Notes: generated from the letters alone by a model not told the origin. DNA of 64,000 bases from Chrysomallon squamiferum (GCA_012295275.1 CM022675.1:7998001-8062000), one strand, 5' to 3'; counted from the stretch's first letter, positions 12,730 to 26,974 are shown. Numbers and translations are program-made.

Positions 12730-13028
12730 CTTCTATGACTATCATCAGTATTACTAGTACTGACACTTCTACAACTATTACTATTGCTACTATTGCTACT
12801 ATTATTACTATTACTATTACTATACTATTAGTACTATTATTACCACTAGTACTAAGACTGGAAGTATTAAGTCGATGTAATGAATGATATACTATGATTT
12901 GTTTGGATATGATGCGATTATTTTATACGTTAAATTATGAATTGGTTTAATTTTAGAAAAATTTAAAAAAAACATTAACTAAATAACTCAAAAAATTGAA
13001 TAAAAATAAAATAAAATAAATAAATTAA

Positions 13029-13063
<35 letters not shown>

Positions 13064-13199
13064 ATAGGAATAAAAAAATATACAGAATAAAAATTTAAAT
13101 TTAAAAAAAAAAAAAAAAAAATGATGATGATGATTCAGCACGCAGAAAAAGAAAGAAGGAAAAACAAACAAACAAAAAAACAAAACAAATCCGGAACAA

Positions 13200-13402
13200 A
13201 ATTTTCAGTGTGTAATATTTTAATATCACCAAAAACACAGGTCATACATATTCTCGAGATTCAAGATTACTGTTCTTCAGATATTTTGCACGAATGAGTC
13301 AGATGGGACAAGAATGTTATAAGAATGTCAACAAGTAGTGAAGTCACAAAAACAAGTTATCTTCCTGATATGTTCACTCGAGAATTCTCTAAATGCTTCT
13401 GT
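13200..13402 (-). other. Probable non-coding terminal (3'UTR) exon of the tachykinin-related gene
   Basis: Strong - strand acceptor CTTTCACTTTCCTCTTTTTCAG| (+ strand CT at 13403-13404), unique sequence, ATTAAA at 13224-13219; would pair with the donor 1 nt after the stop at 15232. Confidence 0.55.
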
Positions 13403-13588
13403 CTGAAAAAGAGGAAAGTGAAAGTCTCTGAGATAAGCATCGAACAGGTTAAAAAAATTATAATAATAAAAAATAAAAAATAAAAACAAAAAAGGAAAGA
13501 AACAGAAAAAAGTCATCGTTCACAAGAGAATAATCATTACTAAAACGAACAAAAACATCAGAATTATAGATTGACTGAGATGCTGGAC

Positions 13589-13917
<329 letters not shown>

Positions 13918-14420
13918 CTAAAGATGTGACACAGACAATGCAATTATTTATTTATTATAATATACACTTTTACAATATACAAGTAGAAGAACGAACAATA
14001 GGAATAAATTAATAGGGGAAAAAAATAAAGAAGGGAAAAAGTACGGAAAAAACAAGACCCGTAAAAAACCAAAATACAAAAAGAAGAGAAAAAAAAAGAA
14101 TAAAGATATTAATGAAAAAAGAATAAAATTAAATAATTTTTTTTAAAAATAATACCTAACTTAAACGAATGCACTTAAAAACCCCTCGAACTTATCATTT
14201 TCAAATACTTAATTATTATTATTATTACTTTTTTTTTTTTTAATCTCCATCTCTCTTTCTTCTTATTTCCTGCTTTTTCCACCGAATAAGCCACAACAAC
14301 AACTATAGCCTGAACAAATCTACTCTGTTTTCAGTTAATAACAAAATGTTTTTTTTTTTTTTTTTTTTTTTTTTTTATTATTATTATTATTATTTCATTT
14401 TATACAGCTTTTCCCTCTAC

Positions 14421-14455
<35 letters not shown>

Positions 14456-14919
14456 AGCATGCCCGTTGTCCTAATTACGTGATCATGTTTTGGGGTCAGA
14501 ATCTTGATAAAGGTTTTGTGTCTCCATTTACGTCGTCACAGAATTTTTGCCCGAGCCTGAGGCGTCACTGGGTGAAAGGAAATTAAAATAGCTAAGCCTG
14601 TGTGTAATTTGTATTAGCTCTCAGTGGTTGTACAAATTACAAATAAACGTTCAGTCGTTTATGACAAAGACGCCGAAAAGATATTAATAATCTTTAACCA
14701 GCAAGGGAGACAAATCCAGTAGATCTTGTTTTTTTGTTTCATTTTTTTTTTTTTTTTTTTTTTTTTTTCGGCGCATTACATTACATTATGTATATTTATT
14801 TTCTGTTCTTTTTTATGTCTTTCTTTGATTATTTCTTTCTTCTTTTTTTCTTTTTATTTTTTCTTTCTTCCTTCATTTATGTCATTTCTTTGTCTCTTTC
14901 GTGTTTTTAATATTTATTC

Positions 14920-14964
<45 letters not shown>

Positions 14965-15233
14965 GTTCTTCTTCTTATTATTATTATTATTTATTATTAT
15001 TATTATTATTATTAATATTGTTGTTGTTGTCATTGTTGTTGTTGTTGTTGTTGTAGTCATCATTATTTATTTATTTATTTATTTACTTACTTATTTTTGT
15101 CATTATTTTCAGGCTCATTTATTATCTTTATTGCTCGTATATTCTGTCGGCATGTGAGAACAGCTATAACGTCGTCGTTAAGCATTTTATTAGCTATGTC
15201 AGGATACAGCTACTACGACATTTTACACTTACC

Positions 15234-15295
15234 TTAACCTCGAGAAGCATAAAACGGCCTTTTAATCAACCTTTTGTCTTTATAATCTGAATAAT
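15234..15295 (-). CDS. Tk: Tachykinin-related precursor, coding exon 3 (LIKRPFYASR-amide)
   Basis: Acceptor TTTATTTTCAG|; phase-1 entry reads DYSDYKD-KR-LIKRPFYASRG-TAA; Gly before the stop is the amidation donor; FxxxR-amide motif; then G|GTAAGT. Confidence 0.88.
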
Positions 15296-15427
15296 CTGAA
15301 AATAAACAACAATGTAAATTAGTAGTAGTAGTAATAGTGTTAATAACAATAACAACAACAACAATAATAATAATAGTAATAACAATAATAATAATAATAG
15401 CAACAGTAGTAGGAGTAACAGTAGTAA

Positions 15428-15487
<60 letters not shown>

Positions 15488-16407
15488 CAGTAGCAGTAGT
15501 AGTAGAAGTAGTAAATTAAAAATAATTATTATTAACTGAAAATGAAGTACAGAGATTTATTGGACAAATAACAAAAAATCGAAATTATTTATCTCGGAGA
15601 AGAAGAAGAAGAACAACAACAACAACAACTAATGAAGAAAGCAGAACAATGGAGATAATGATGAAGTATCAATAGAGGAAATATCACTGTTAACTATCAT
15701 CATCATCATCATAGATGAAAAGTGATCACCTGCACTGTCAAACACACATAACAGGTTTATTTGCTGTCTCATTCGCTTTTACGATAATTATTACATACTG
15801 AATGGAAACAACGATCGAAGGTTGACTGTACAAATATTGATAGAAAATAAAATTCTGATTTCATCTAGGGTTTGCTTTGTCACAACATAGACATAAAAAT
15901 AAGCATAACGGCGGAGAAATAATTAAACCATAGAAAGGTTCTTACTGAATATAAATTGGGCGATTATAAACACAAAAGAACTGAAGCTAAACGCAAAATA
16001 TGTAATGATAAGGTCGAAAGGGTGATTGAAATAATCGCAAATTATTTAGTTCCGAAAGAAAAAGAGTCAGTGATAAACACAAAATGGTTAATTGTCAAAA
16101 TGTTTATGATAAAATACAAAAAAATGGTTAATTGTAAAAATAAAATGTTTATTATAGATATCTAAAATGCGTAACCGTGAATATAAAAGGTTAATATATC
16201 AAAAATAATATAATATCTATCTATCTATCTGTCTGTCTATCTGTCTCTATATCTATCTATCGATCTATATATATATATCTATCTATCTATCTATCTATCT
16301 ATCCATCTATCTATCTATCTATATATATATATATATATCTGTCTGTGTGTGTCTGTATTTCTGTATATATATTTATCTTTCTATCAGTCCATCCATCCTT
16401 CCATCCA

Positions 16408-16522
<115 letters not shown>

Positions 16523-16547
16523 CTCTCTTTTCTAATTTCCCACATAC

Positions 16548-16586
<39 letters not shown>

Positions 16587-16676
16587 CGATCTCCATACAC
16601 ACTATCCCACTATGAACGATCATGTTTAATATTTTTTTTGTTCTTCTGTTTAGCACGGAAACATGACAGCACGTAC

Positions 16677-16950
16677 CATCTTCTTTATTCCGTAGTCGCT
16701 GCACAGCTCTTCTTAGCCTCTCGTTGTACAGTTCCAACAACTCGGCCATACTTCGTAGAACGTTGGACGGGTTTCCTCTCTTACCGCGGCTGCCCATGTA
16801 CCCGAACCTCTTCAGGTAGTCGTCCACAGGCTGCCCGCGTTTCAGAGCTACGTTGTCGCTGACGTCAACGTAGCCGTCAACGTCGTAGGGCAGACTGTCG
16901 TAGCCGTTGTTGTAGTTGGAGGTCCAGGCTGATTTGTACGTCTCCAAAAG
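16677..16950 (-). CDS. Tk: Tachykinin-related precursor, coding exon 2 (FGYMGSR-amide)
   Basis: Acceptor CTTTCCTTCTCAG|, donor G|GTACGT; 274 nt, phase 0 to 1; LLETYKSAWTSNYNNGYDSLPYDVDGYVDVSDNVAL-KR-GQPVDDYL-KR-FGYMGSRG-KR-GNPSNVLRSMAELLELYNERLRRAVQRLRNKED; the (F/Y)xGxR-G-KR cassette matches protostome tachykinin-related peptides. Confidence 0.93.
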
Positions 16951-16996
16951 CTGAGAAGGAAAGAATGATGATGTTTATTGCTGTTATTATATATAT

Positions 16997-17027
<31 letters not shown>

Positions 17028-17041
17028 CAAACATACATACA

Positions 17042-17077
<36 letters not shown>

Positions 17078-17256
17078 TACATATATACATACATACATAC
17101 ATAGATACATACATACATACATACAAACATATGTACATACAAACGTACATATATACAAACATACATACACACACATTCATACTTATGTAAAAAATAAATA
17201 CATACATATATATTAATATAAACAAATACATACACCATCTGTCTCTCTCTCTCTGA

Positions 17257-17350
<94 letters not shown>

Positions 17351-17401
17351 CAATTGTTCTCTCTTATCTACTCGTTTCTCATTTATGTGAATTGTTCTTT
17401 C

Positions 17402-17444
<43 letters not shown>

Positions 17445-17461
17445 CAGCTGCTGATACTTAC

Positions 17462-17566
17462 GTTTAACAAATCCTGTGTTTTCTCTTTGTCAAGTAATTC
17501 GCTGCTGGCAATGCCAAATATGGAGAGCCAAGCAAATGTGTAGAGAGCGCATTGGTATACATTCAT
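17462..17566 (-). CDS. Tk: Tachykinin-related precursor, coding exon 1 (signal peptide)
   Basis: Acceptor TATTTTCAG| (exon starts 17588), AACATG start at 17566, donor AAC|GTAAGT; MNVYQCALYTFAWLSIFGIASS-ELLDKEKTQDLLN; phase 0 matches exon 2. Confidence 0.92.
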
Positions 17567-18004
17567 GTTATGTGTCACAGCGTGGCTTCTGAAAATAGAT
17601 AAATTTATAAGTAAGTAAGTAAGTAGGTCAGTAAGTTAGTAGGTAAAGAAGCAAACAAAACGAAGAGGAATAATGTTATTCATAATGCTGCTAAAAATAA
17701 AACAAAGAAAAACAAAAGTAAAACAAACAAACAATCAAATATATAATAAACAAATAAATAAACAAGTGAAAAAGTAAACGAATGAATGAATGAAAGAACA
17801 AATAATTAAATAAATGAATAAATGAATGAATGCGTGAATGAATATTAGTGTTACTACCACGGCTACTTCTGGCAGTATTACTACTACCACTAGTAACAAT
17901 AGCAGACGTTGTATTAACATTAATACTGATAATAATAGTAATACTAATAGTAATGCTAACAAAAATAATTTCAGTACATTTACAGGCATACACAGCAATA
18001 CAAA

Positions 18005-18090
<86 letters not shown>

Positions 18091-18528
18091 AACAATAAAA
18101 ATTAAATCAGAATTTTATTATTATTATTATTATTTTTATTTTTTTTTGACATACGAGTAATCCGCAGACAACTCTTTACGTTTTGACATGCGTAGAATTT
18201 CGCCGAAACGATTCACCTACGCAAGTCGGAAAGTGCACGAAGTAGCAGTATTAGACGTAACAGTGGGCGTTACTCAGCTTGTTGTATGTACATTTGTCAG
18301 CCTCTGCTCTGTCCAGTAAGTGACTAAACGTCACACAGATGAGTTTCCAAACAGGATTAATATTACTTACGGAGGAACGACAGAAATGGAGGTTAATTGA
18401 TTATGAATGTGTCGACGATTTATTTGATGGAAACGATTCTAGGCTAAAAGGGGAAATGTGCGCTAAAACATATGATAATGATGATGATGATAATATAATA
18501 GTAATAATAATAATAATAATAGTAATAG

Positions 18529-18567
<39 letters not shown>

Positions 18568-20085
18568 CAACAACAAAAATAATAATAACAAACAAAGAAA
18601 GAAGGAAGGAAATAAATAAATAAAGAAAGAAATTCAAAGAAATAAAAAAAAATTAAAAAATGTAATAGAAAAATAATTTGATACCGTTAAAAAATCTCCA
18701 AAGGTATCGATATTTCGTTTATTTAATAACGTACATCTCTAATGTTTATAGAAATAATTATACATTTGCAACATTTTCTTAAGCAATTTGTACTAATTAG
18801 GCGAATAATGCGAACTTAATTTAATATCAAGATGACCCGCTAGTTTTATTTTTAAGAAAAGAAATGTCAACTGGGATAATAATAACTTTATTTTTATTTT
18901 TATTTTTTCTTTAAAAGTGCATTTACATTAACCGGTACAAAAATTTAAAAAGACAGAAAGAAGAAAGAAGAAAGAGAGCGATAGAGAAAAAAAATATAAA
19001 GAAAAAGCGAGGATAATAGTAGTAGTAGTAGTAGCAGCAGCTACAGTAGTAGTAGTAAAAGTAGTAGTTGTAGTAGTAGTAGTAGTAGTAATAGTAGTAA
19101 TAGAGGCAATAGCAATAGTAACATAGGTAATAGTAGGAATAGTAATAGAAATAGTAATAGCAGCAGTGGTATAGAAACAGTGGTAGTAATAGTAGTTGTA
19201 GCAGTAGTAGTAGTAATAATAATAACAGTAATAGTAGTAATAGTTGTTTTAGTGATAGTTACTGTAATTGTCGTGTAGTGGTGGTAGTAGTAGTAGTAGA
19301 AGTAGAAGCAGTAGTACTAATTATAATAATAGTAGTAGTAGTAATAGTAGTAATAATAACAATAATCATAATACTAACAGTATTGTATCTTGTTCAAAAT
19401 TTCATTTGAAAAAACAGAACCAAATGTCATCAGATATCGAAACTTCTATTTATGTCGATAACATTTCGTACTTGTATGCTTATAAAAACCTGGATTCATT
19501 TTCATGTTCATACAAATTGGTTAGAAAGAACAGACAGACAGACAGGTGGATTCAATTTCATTTCTTTGTGTATGGATCACAAGTCATAAACAGAAAATAA
19601 AAATAAAGTAAAATAAATAAAAATAAAATAAAATAAATAAAAAATACATAAAAAGGAAACTGTTGATGAATCACTTTTATTTCTGCTGCTACTGTTGTTG
19701 TTGTTATTGTTATTGTTGTTGTTGTTGTTGTTATTATTATTATTATTGTTGTAGTTATTTACGATAAAATCATGAAAACAACAACAACATCACACTGTGT
19801 ATGAAGAATGCTAGCGTAAAATACAAAAATAATTCTAATTGGTATTTTTGACGTCATCAGATTTCAGTAAAAACTTGGTCATTACTTCGATTAGCTTTTT
19901 GTTTTCCTACCAAATTAGAAACACATTAAGGTAAAAACAGAAAATATACATTTCAGGCAGGAAAAACTAGGAAGTAGTTTATAAACTGTTGATATGGCTC
20001 AGGTGATTTATAATTCAGAAACTAATAATTCTGAGGTAAAACCGACAATTTATTTAGGATTTTTAAAAAAAAAAAAAAAATAGAA

Positions 20086-20125
<40 letters not shown>

Positions 20126-20213
20126 AAATAAATAAAAATAAATAAATAAATAAACAAACAAGCAAACAAACAAAAATATCATCGGTTATTATAATACAAA
20201 TATCTATTTACCA

Positions 20214-20375
20214 ACACTACTAAATCAATTATATTAATTTACTTATCATCAGTTACTATAACAGAAATATCTGTATACCGACATTACTAGAGTAGTTTTA
20301 TTCATTTACTATCACTACTAAATCAGTTATATCAATTTGCTATCATCAGATACTGCAGTACAAACGTCTATTAAT
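20214..20375. repeat. Diverged ~99-bp-period duplication
   Basis: CACTACTAAATCA(A/G)TTATAT(T/C)AATTT...TATCATCAG(T/A)TACT at ~20215 and ~20313. Confidence 0.75.
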
Positions 20376-20645
20376 TAACTTTACTAGATCAAACTGGTAG
20401 GATCACCTCTTCATTTTCTGTCGAGCGCTTATCAAAGGGGCCACATACAATCATAAACGTTTACAAACCAGTAAACTACAAGCACAGACCTTTACAAAGA
20501 TACCAGACAGCATCCTTAAGTTTTACAACGAATACAAGCTAAAACCTTTACAGTCAGACAGAATAGAAACGTTTTTCTTTACAACATCAGCCCTAAAGAT
20601 TCACAGATGAAGTCGCGCACAAAACCTAACATAAACCTTACATAC

Positions 20646-20755
20646 CTGCGTATGTCGATCGAACGCTTCCACGGGATTCGCCCCCCCCCCAGCCACCCCA
20701 CGTTGCCAAGCCGAGAGATTTACGAACGACTAAACCCCTCGCTCTGTGATGAAGA
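20646..20755 (-). other. Candidate 5'UTR exon of the tachykinin-related gene
   Basis: - strand pyrimidine tract ...TTCTTCTGTGTCTGACTCCAG| and donor CAG|GTATGT; GC-rich, no ATG, ~3 kb upstream of the start-codon exon. Confidence 0.4.
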
Positions 20756-22542
20756 CTGGAGTCAGACACAGAAGAATGGGAGTGAAATGAGCAGAAACAG
20801 CGAGTCTTGATGAGTTTGAGCAATGCTGCTTTCCTTTTAACATTAATATCCTGAAATTCGTTTCTTGCTTGGTGATTGAAAAACGAAAAAAAAAAAAAAA
20901 AAAAAATTCGAAATTTCGATGACTGCAGTGATTCTTTTTTTTTTTTTTTTTTTTTTATAAATCTTCATTTGTCACCAAAGCTTGCAAACTACATCCGGGC
21001 TCTACTGACTTCATTTCCGGTTAAAACAGTCTGAAACAGCATTGTTCTTCGTAAATCATTACAGAGGACTGCGATGGACGCTGGTGTTGGTTTGGTGGTT
21101 AGAGTTCTCGTGAAATCACTTCTCTGTACTGTCCCAATTAAATTGTTTCCCGTTCCAGCTAGTGTACTACCATTGTTTTGTCGAGAACTATTTGTCTTGA
21201 AATTCATTGGTTATTACTTGCAAACGGGTCCTTGGAATGAATTTATTTTATTTATTAATATATAGAAAAGGTTGCTATCATTAATATATAAAATAACAAC
21301 AACAACAACAACAATAACAGTAGTAGTAGTAGCAGCAGCAGCAGTAATAGTTGTAGTAGTAGTAGTAGCAATAAATAAATAAATAAGTTACGATCACAGC
21401 GAAGATTGAACATTAACATTATTGCTGTTATAACCAAACAAAAGTGAAAATTTATATAATACTATGTCTATTATATTTATTAGTTTTCTTGTATTATATT
21501 TATTAGTTTTCTTGTTCCAAGGAAATTTGAAAATATGTATTCTATAGCATAAGTGAAGCACTGTTTCTATAAAGTTGTCTTTGAAGTCAAATAAAATATT
21601 ATCGCTTCTTTCTTCAGTTTCTTCATCGTCTTCTTCTTCATCTTCTTCTTATTATTAATGCTGGATTTGTTATTAAAACAAGGGTAAATTTATTACTTTT
21701 TTCTGATCATTATGTTCATTTTGATTATTTCTTTATATATTTCTTTTTTTTTTAACTTTAAAAAAAAATATATTTCTTTTTGTCTGTTTATTTTTTTTTA
21801 TTTTTTTATTATTATCATTATTATTTTATTTAATTTGTTTTTTTTTTTTTTTTATTTTATTCTGTTCTATTTTATTTTTATTTTTATTTATTTTTATTTT
21901 TACTTTTACTTTTATTTTATTTTATTTTTATTTTTATTTTATTTTATTTTTATTTTTATTTTATTTTATTTTATTTTATTTTTTTTTATTTTTATTTTTT
22001 ATTTTTTTTATTTTATTTTATATTTATTTTATTTTATTTTATTCTATTCTATTCTATTCTATTCTATTTTTATTTTTATTTTTATTTTTTTTATTTTGTT
22101 ATTAAACCTCAATCTCTCTTTTCTGAAACATTTCTGCCGGTGTTAGTCTCTTCTCCCACCTCGTTAATTCTACTTGAAGTGTGTGCTGTGCTGTCACGCG
22201 TCGCAGTCGTTGTGACGTCTTATCACTTAGACAGGAATTAAACGATCTGACAGACACGAGCACATCTGCGACGTGGTTGACACTGAATGGAGTTTCTATT
22301 TTTAGTAACAGAACAAAAAAAAAAAAAAGATGGAGAAGAAAGCAAGTGAGAAACAAAAGCGAAAGTTTCTCGAAGAGAGAAACTAGTGATGAGATTTGTT
22401 TGTTTCGTTGGTTGTTTGTTTGTTTGTTTGTTTGTTTGTTTATTGATTTGTTTGGGTATCTGTTTCTTTGTTTGATTTTTTTATTTGTTTAATTGTTTGT
22501 TTGTTAATTAATTTGTTTATTGCTTTTGTTATTACTATTATA

Positions 22543-22579
<37 letters not shown>

Positions 22580-23006
22580 GTATTATTGTCACTGTTGTTG
22601 TTGTTATCATCATCATCATCGTTGTTCTTATATACGCGTGTGTGTGTGTATTTGTGTGTGTGTTCTGAATGTATTTGATCGATTCGGTATAGTAACATAT
22701 GTGTAACATACGTTTGTATTTGTGTATGTGTGAATGTTTGTGTCACTTACGTCTGTCTGTCTGTAAGTATTGCTAGCACACAGACGTGTGTATAATGTAT
22801 ACGTACGTATTTGGTGTAGATAAATAGTGAGAAATAATCAAATCAGAATACTGAAACTCGGATTAACATTTCAATATGTGAAGAGCAAACAGAGAAAAAC
22901 ATTCTTAATAAACATCGTCATCATCATCGTTGAATTCGTCAACAAAATCATCAAGTTAAAAAAACAACGTATTATTCTTTTCTTATCAGAGTTCTAACTA
23001 TATGTC

Positions 23007-23038
<32 letters not shown>

Positions 23039-23156
23039 TGATGATGATGATGATGATGAAGATAATGATGATAGTAATAATAATAAGAACAAAAATAATA
23101 AGAATAATAATAAGAACAATAGTGGGAATTGTGGGAATAGCAATAACAGCGGTAGT

Positions 23157-23207
<51 letters not shown>

Positions 23208-23253
23208 AATAACAATAATGATAATAAATAATAATCATAGTAATAATAATAAT

Positions 23254-23290
<37 letters not shown>

Positions 23291-24286
23291 TTTTAACACG
23301 TAATTACGAGATTACATCATTCAGATTAAATGAGGACAAATCAATATCTTATCAATAAAATCTCATTTTATAAAATAAAAATAAATAAAAGAATAAAACA
23401 GACAAAAAACAAAACAAAAAACAACAACAACAACAAAAAAACAGATCGTCTAGATGCAAAGGGTAGACTCGGTTCAAAGGCAGGTTTTAGACCGATTGCC
23501 AAACACGATATTACGCTAACCGGATCTGAATTCTTACACGCTTCAAAGTAAAAACATAATACCAGTGTTACGAGGAGATCGTTAACGACATTTGTCTTGC
23601 TTCGGTCTTCGCGACTAAACGTTTTCAAGTCTCGCTTCGTTCTCACTACGGGCTTCTCTTTTCCGCGGATTCGGTCATGCGCAAAACGCGCACGAGCACG
23701 TTGCTGACGTTGCGGAAGACGTCTGCGACGCTACGAGAGAGAGAGAGAGAGCTGCAGTCATTCGTGTTGCCGATGTTAACGAGTGGAATCGAATTATCGT
23801 TTTAAGTTCCGTTCACTACGCTGCGGTTTCTTAAAGGAACGGTTTTGTTTTGCTAAGTAAATTAATGGCGCTTACGGGAAAGCTTTCATTTCGAGATGGT
23901 TTCAGCGGTTCGTGTTTCCTGTTTTGCTAGTACATGTTTTAATATCTGTGTTCGTCTTCATTAACTTCTCCGGTCCTCGGGGGTTCTCGGCTCAAACCTC
24001 TTGAGTCTCTTGACATATATACTTTTTTTTTTCGAATTATTGTTATTATTATTATTATTAGTTGTTTTGTTTGTTTGTTGTTGTTTTTTTTTTTTCTTGT
24101 TTTTTTTTTTTTTTTTTTATTTTTTTTTCTTTGCTTTGTTTTGCTTCACTTTATCTTTATTTAATTAGGTTGTTTTGGTTACATTTCTGTTACTATTGTT
24201 GTTGTTGTTGTTGTTGTTGTTAATTTTGCAGCTACTACTGTTATTACGACTTCTACTATAAATACTACTACCATGATTATGTTGTT

Positions 24287-24447
<161 letters not shown>

Positions 24448-25146
24448 ATCAATCAATCAATCTGTCTATCAGGCAGATATGCATGCATACGTTAAAAAAA
24501 AAAAAAAAAAAATAATAAAAGCTTACGCCATGTTATTTATTAACAGTATCTCCAAATTTCAATGCCGTGCAATCTTCTGGGAGTGTCTCTATTTTCTTTG
24601 CCTGGGAGACAGAGCCGCATGGAAGGAATTTCAGAACTTAACGAAGATCAAACTCGTCGTGTAAATTGAATTTTTTACGACGACGCAAAGAGACGCTTGA
24701 ACTGAGGCGAGTGATTCAGTTTGCACTGAGACGTCGAAGTGTTGAGTTTGTTTCGTTTTTTTGTTTTCCTTGATGATACGATCATGCAGATCTGTTGTAT
24801 CACTTACAGTGGATGGATGATGAGTGAATGGTTGGATGAATAAATAAACGGAGAGACCAATGAATGAATGAATGAACGAGTTGATGGATTCATGGATAAA
24901 TCACAGAAAGGACAAAAATATAGAATGAATGAATGAATGAATGAAAGAACAATGCATTAAAGAACGAATGAATATCTAAATGGGCAGAGGATTAATGACT
25001 GGATAAATGAATATTAACTGAATAAGTGGATGAAATGATAATAGAATGAATTATTGAATTAACGAAGGAATGAAAGAATGAACAAACGGATATAGAAATA
25101 CAAATATTTGGAGATGAAAAAAAAATAGAGTTAGACATAGCGAGAG

Positions 25147-25235
<89 letters not shown>

Positions 25236-25629
25236 AACAGAGACAGAGACAGAGACAGAGACAGAGAGAAGATGAAATAATAGATAGATAGACACAGAGA
25301 GAGAAAGAAAAAAAACCGATGAAGATTCCATCACTGGAACCGATAACAAAATACAACAAACAAGAGTCTACGACTACATTTTTTTAAACTGAACGTTTCG
25401 TAAACTGAACGTTTCACAGACGTAACCCGCAAAGTCATCGAACTTGAGACGAACTCCTTCAGTGATGTTTTATTTAATACAATTTCTACGTTTTCGTTAC
25501 GTGCAATTAGACCTCGGTCGCTGTGAGACACGCGCCATGAAGGACACGCAATTAGCCCAGAGCAGACAAAACAGCTGACGTAGACGACTCTGCTTCCTTA
25601 TTCAATTTTACTCCATGATTATTCCACAC

Positions 25630-25664
<35 letters not shown>

Positions 25665-26228
25665 CACTGTCTCCCTTCTTACTCTGTTATTTATCTAATT
25701 CTGTTTACCTTTCTGTATTCTTCTTCGTCTTCTTCTTCTTCTTCTTCGTCTTCGTCTTTTTCTTCTTTTTGTCTTCTTCTTCTTCTTCGTCTTATTCTTG
25801 TTCTCTCTCTCTCTGTCTTGATACATTTTGTTTCTTACTCAGTTTTATTGTATCCTTAGTTCATAAGATCTTTCTGTCTGTTTCTTTCCTTTTTTTCTCT
25901 TTTGTAACTGATTCTAATTTTTTTATCTCTCATTTTTCTATCCATGTTTCTTTTCTTTCTCTCTCTCTCAATCTCTATCGCTACCTCTCTTTCCTTTCAT
26001 TCTTTCTTTCTTTCACTATCTCTCCTTCTTTTTCCCCCTCTATCTCTCTGTTGTCGGTTTTACTTCCTTTCTTCCTCTCTTTCTCTCTCTCTGTTCTTTT
26101 CCTCCCTCTTTTTTGTCTCTCTGTCGATCAACATCTTTTCTTTCTTTCTCTAACCTTTTTTTTCTCTCTCTTTCTCTTTCATTCTCTCTTTCTGTTTCTT
26201 TCTCTCTCTCTCTCCTTTTTCTCTCTCT

Positions 26229-26280
<52 letters not shown>

Positions 26281-26867
26281 TTCTCTCTGTTTCTAGCTCT
26301 CTCTCTCTCTAAAGAACTCCAAAGCTAACACTAATAACATACCTCACACTTGTAGCAGGGTCTCAGTTATCAATGAGACGAAAGGCAACAGCTCACGGCG
26401 ATGCTAAAACCATCCCAGACGTCGTCATCAAATATTAACTCCTTTAGCCAGATTAAAACTGAGCGACTGCTACTGCTTGAGAAATTCGACTGATCACGAT
26501 TAACACGTAACATTCTTTTCCTAATGCATTACTTAGGCGAAGCGTCCGAAACGCGATCGTAAACGAAGGTAAATAATTTAGCAAGCAATTTTATATACGA
26601 GATGAATGAGACTGTTACGTGTAGTGCAAAGAGATTGGATCATCCTAGCTGCGGCTCGAATGACGTCATTTGAAAAAAATAAAATCAAATAAATCAATCA
26701 GTCAATAAAATCAAATATCGTCATCATTAAATATATTTGTTCCGTTTGTATGCAGAGGTAAGACTTCACATCGTCCACACAATAAAACTTATTACGTAAT
26801 TAGGTGGGGTTTCTTATTTCGATCATCGTCACCATCATTATCCAAACATATACATACAAACAGACAT

Positions 26868-26919
<52 letters not shown>

Positions 26920-26974
26920 GCCACACACTTAATATATATATATGTGTGTGTGTGTCTCTCTGTCTGTCTGTCTG

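Noticed and set aside
15956-16165. 69-aa Lys-rich + strand ORF
   Set aside because: Non-ATG start, short internal repeats, antisense within a tachykinin intron, no recognisable motif.
16780-16810. Vertebrate-type (eledoisin-like) salivary toxin tachykinin
   Set aside because: Those end in FxGLM-amide; both peptides here end in R-amide. A venom-cluster reading of the three genes has no direct support from the sequence.
16780-16840. Sulfakinin/CCK identity suggested by DDY and YMG
   Set aside because: No GHMRF/GWMDF-type C-terminus; the amidated end is GSR-G, which is tachykinin-type.
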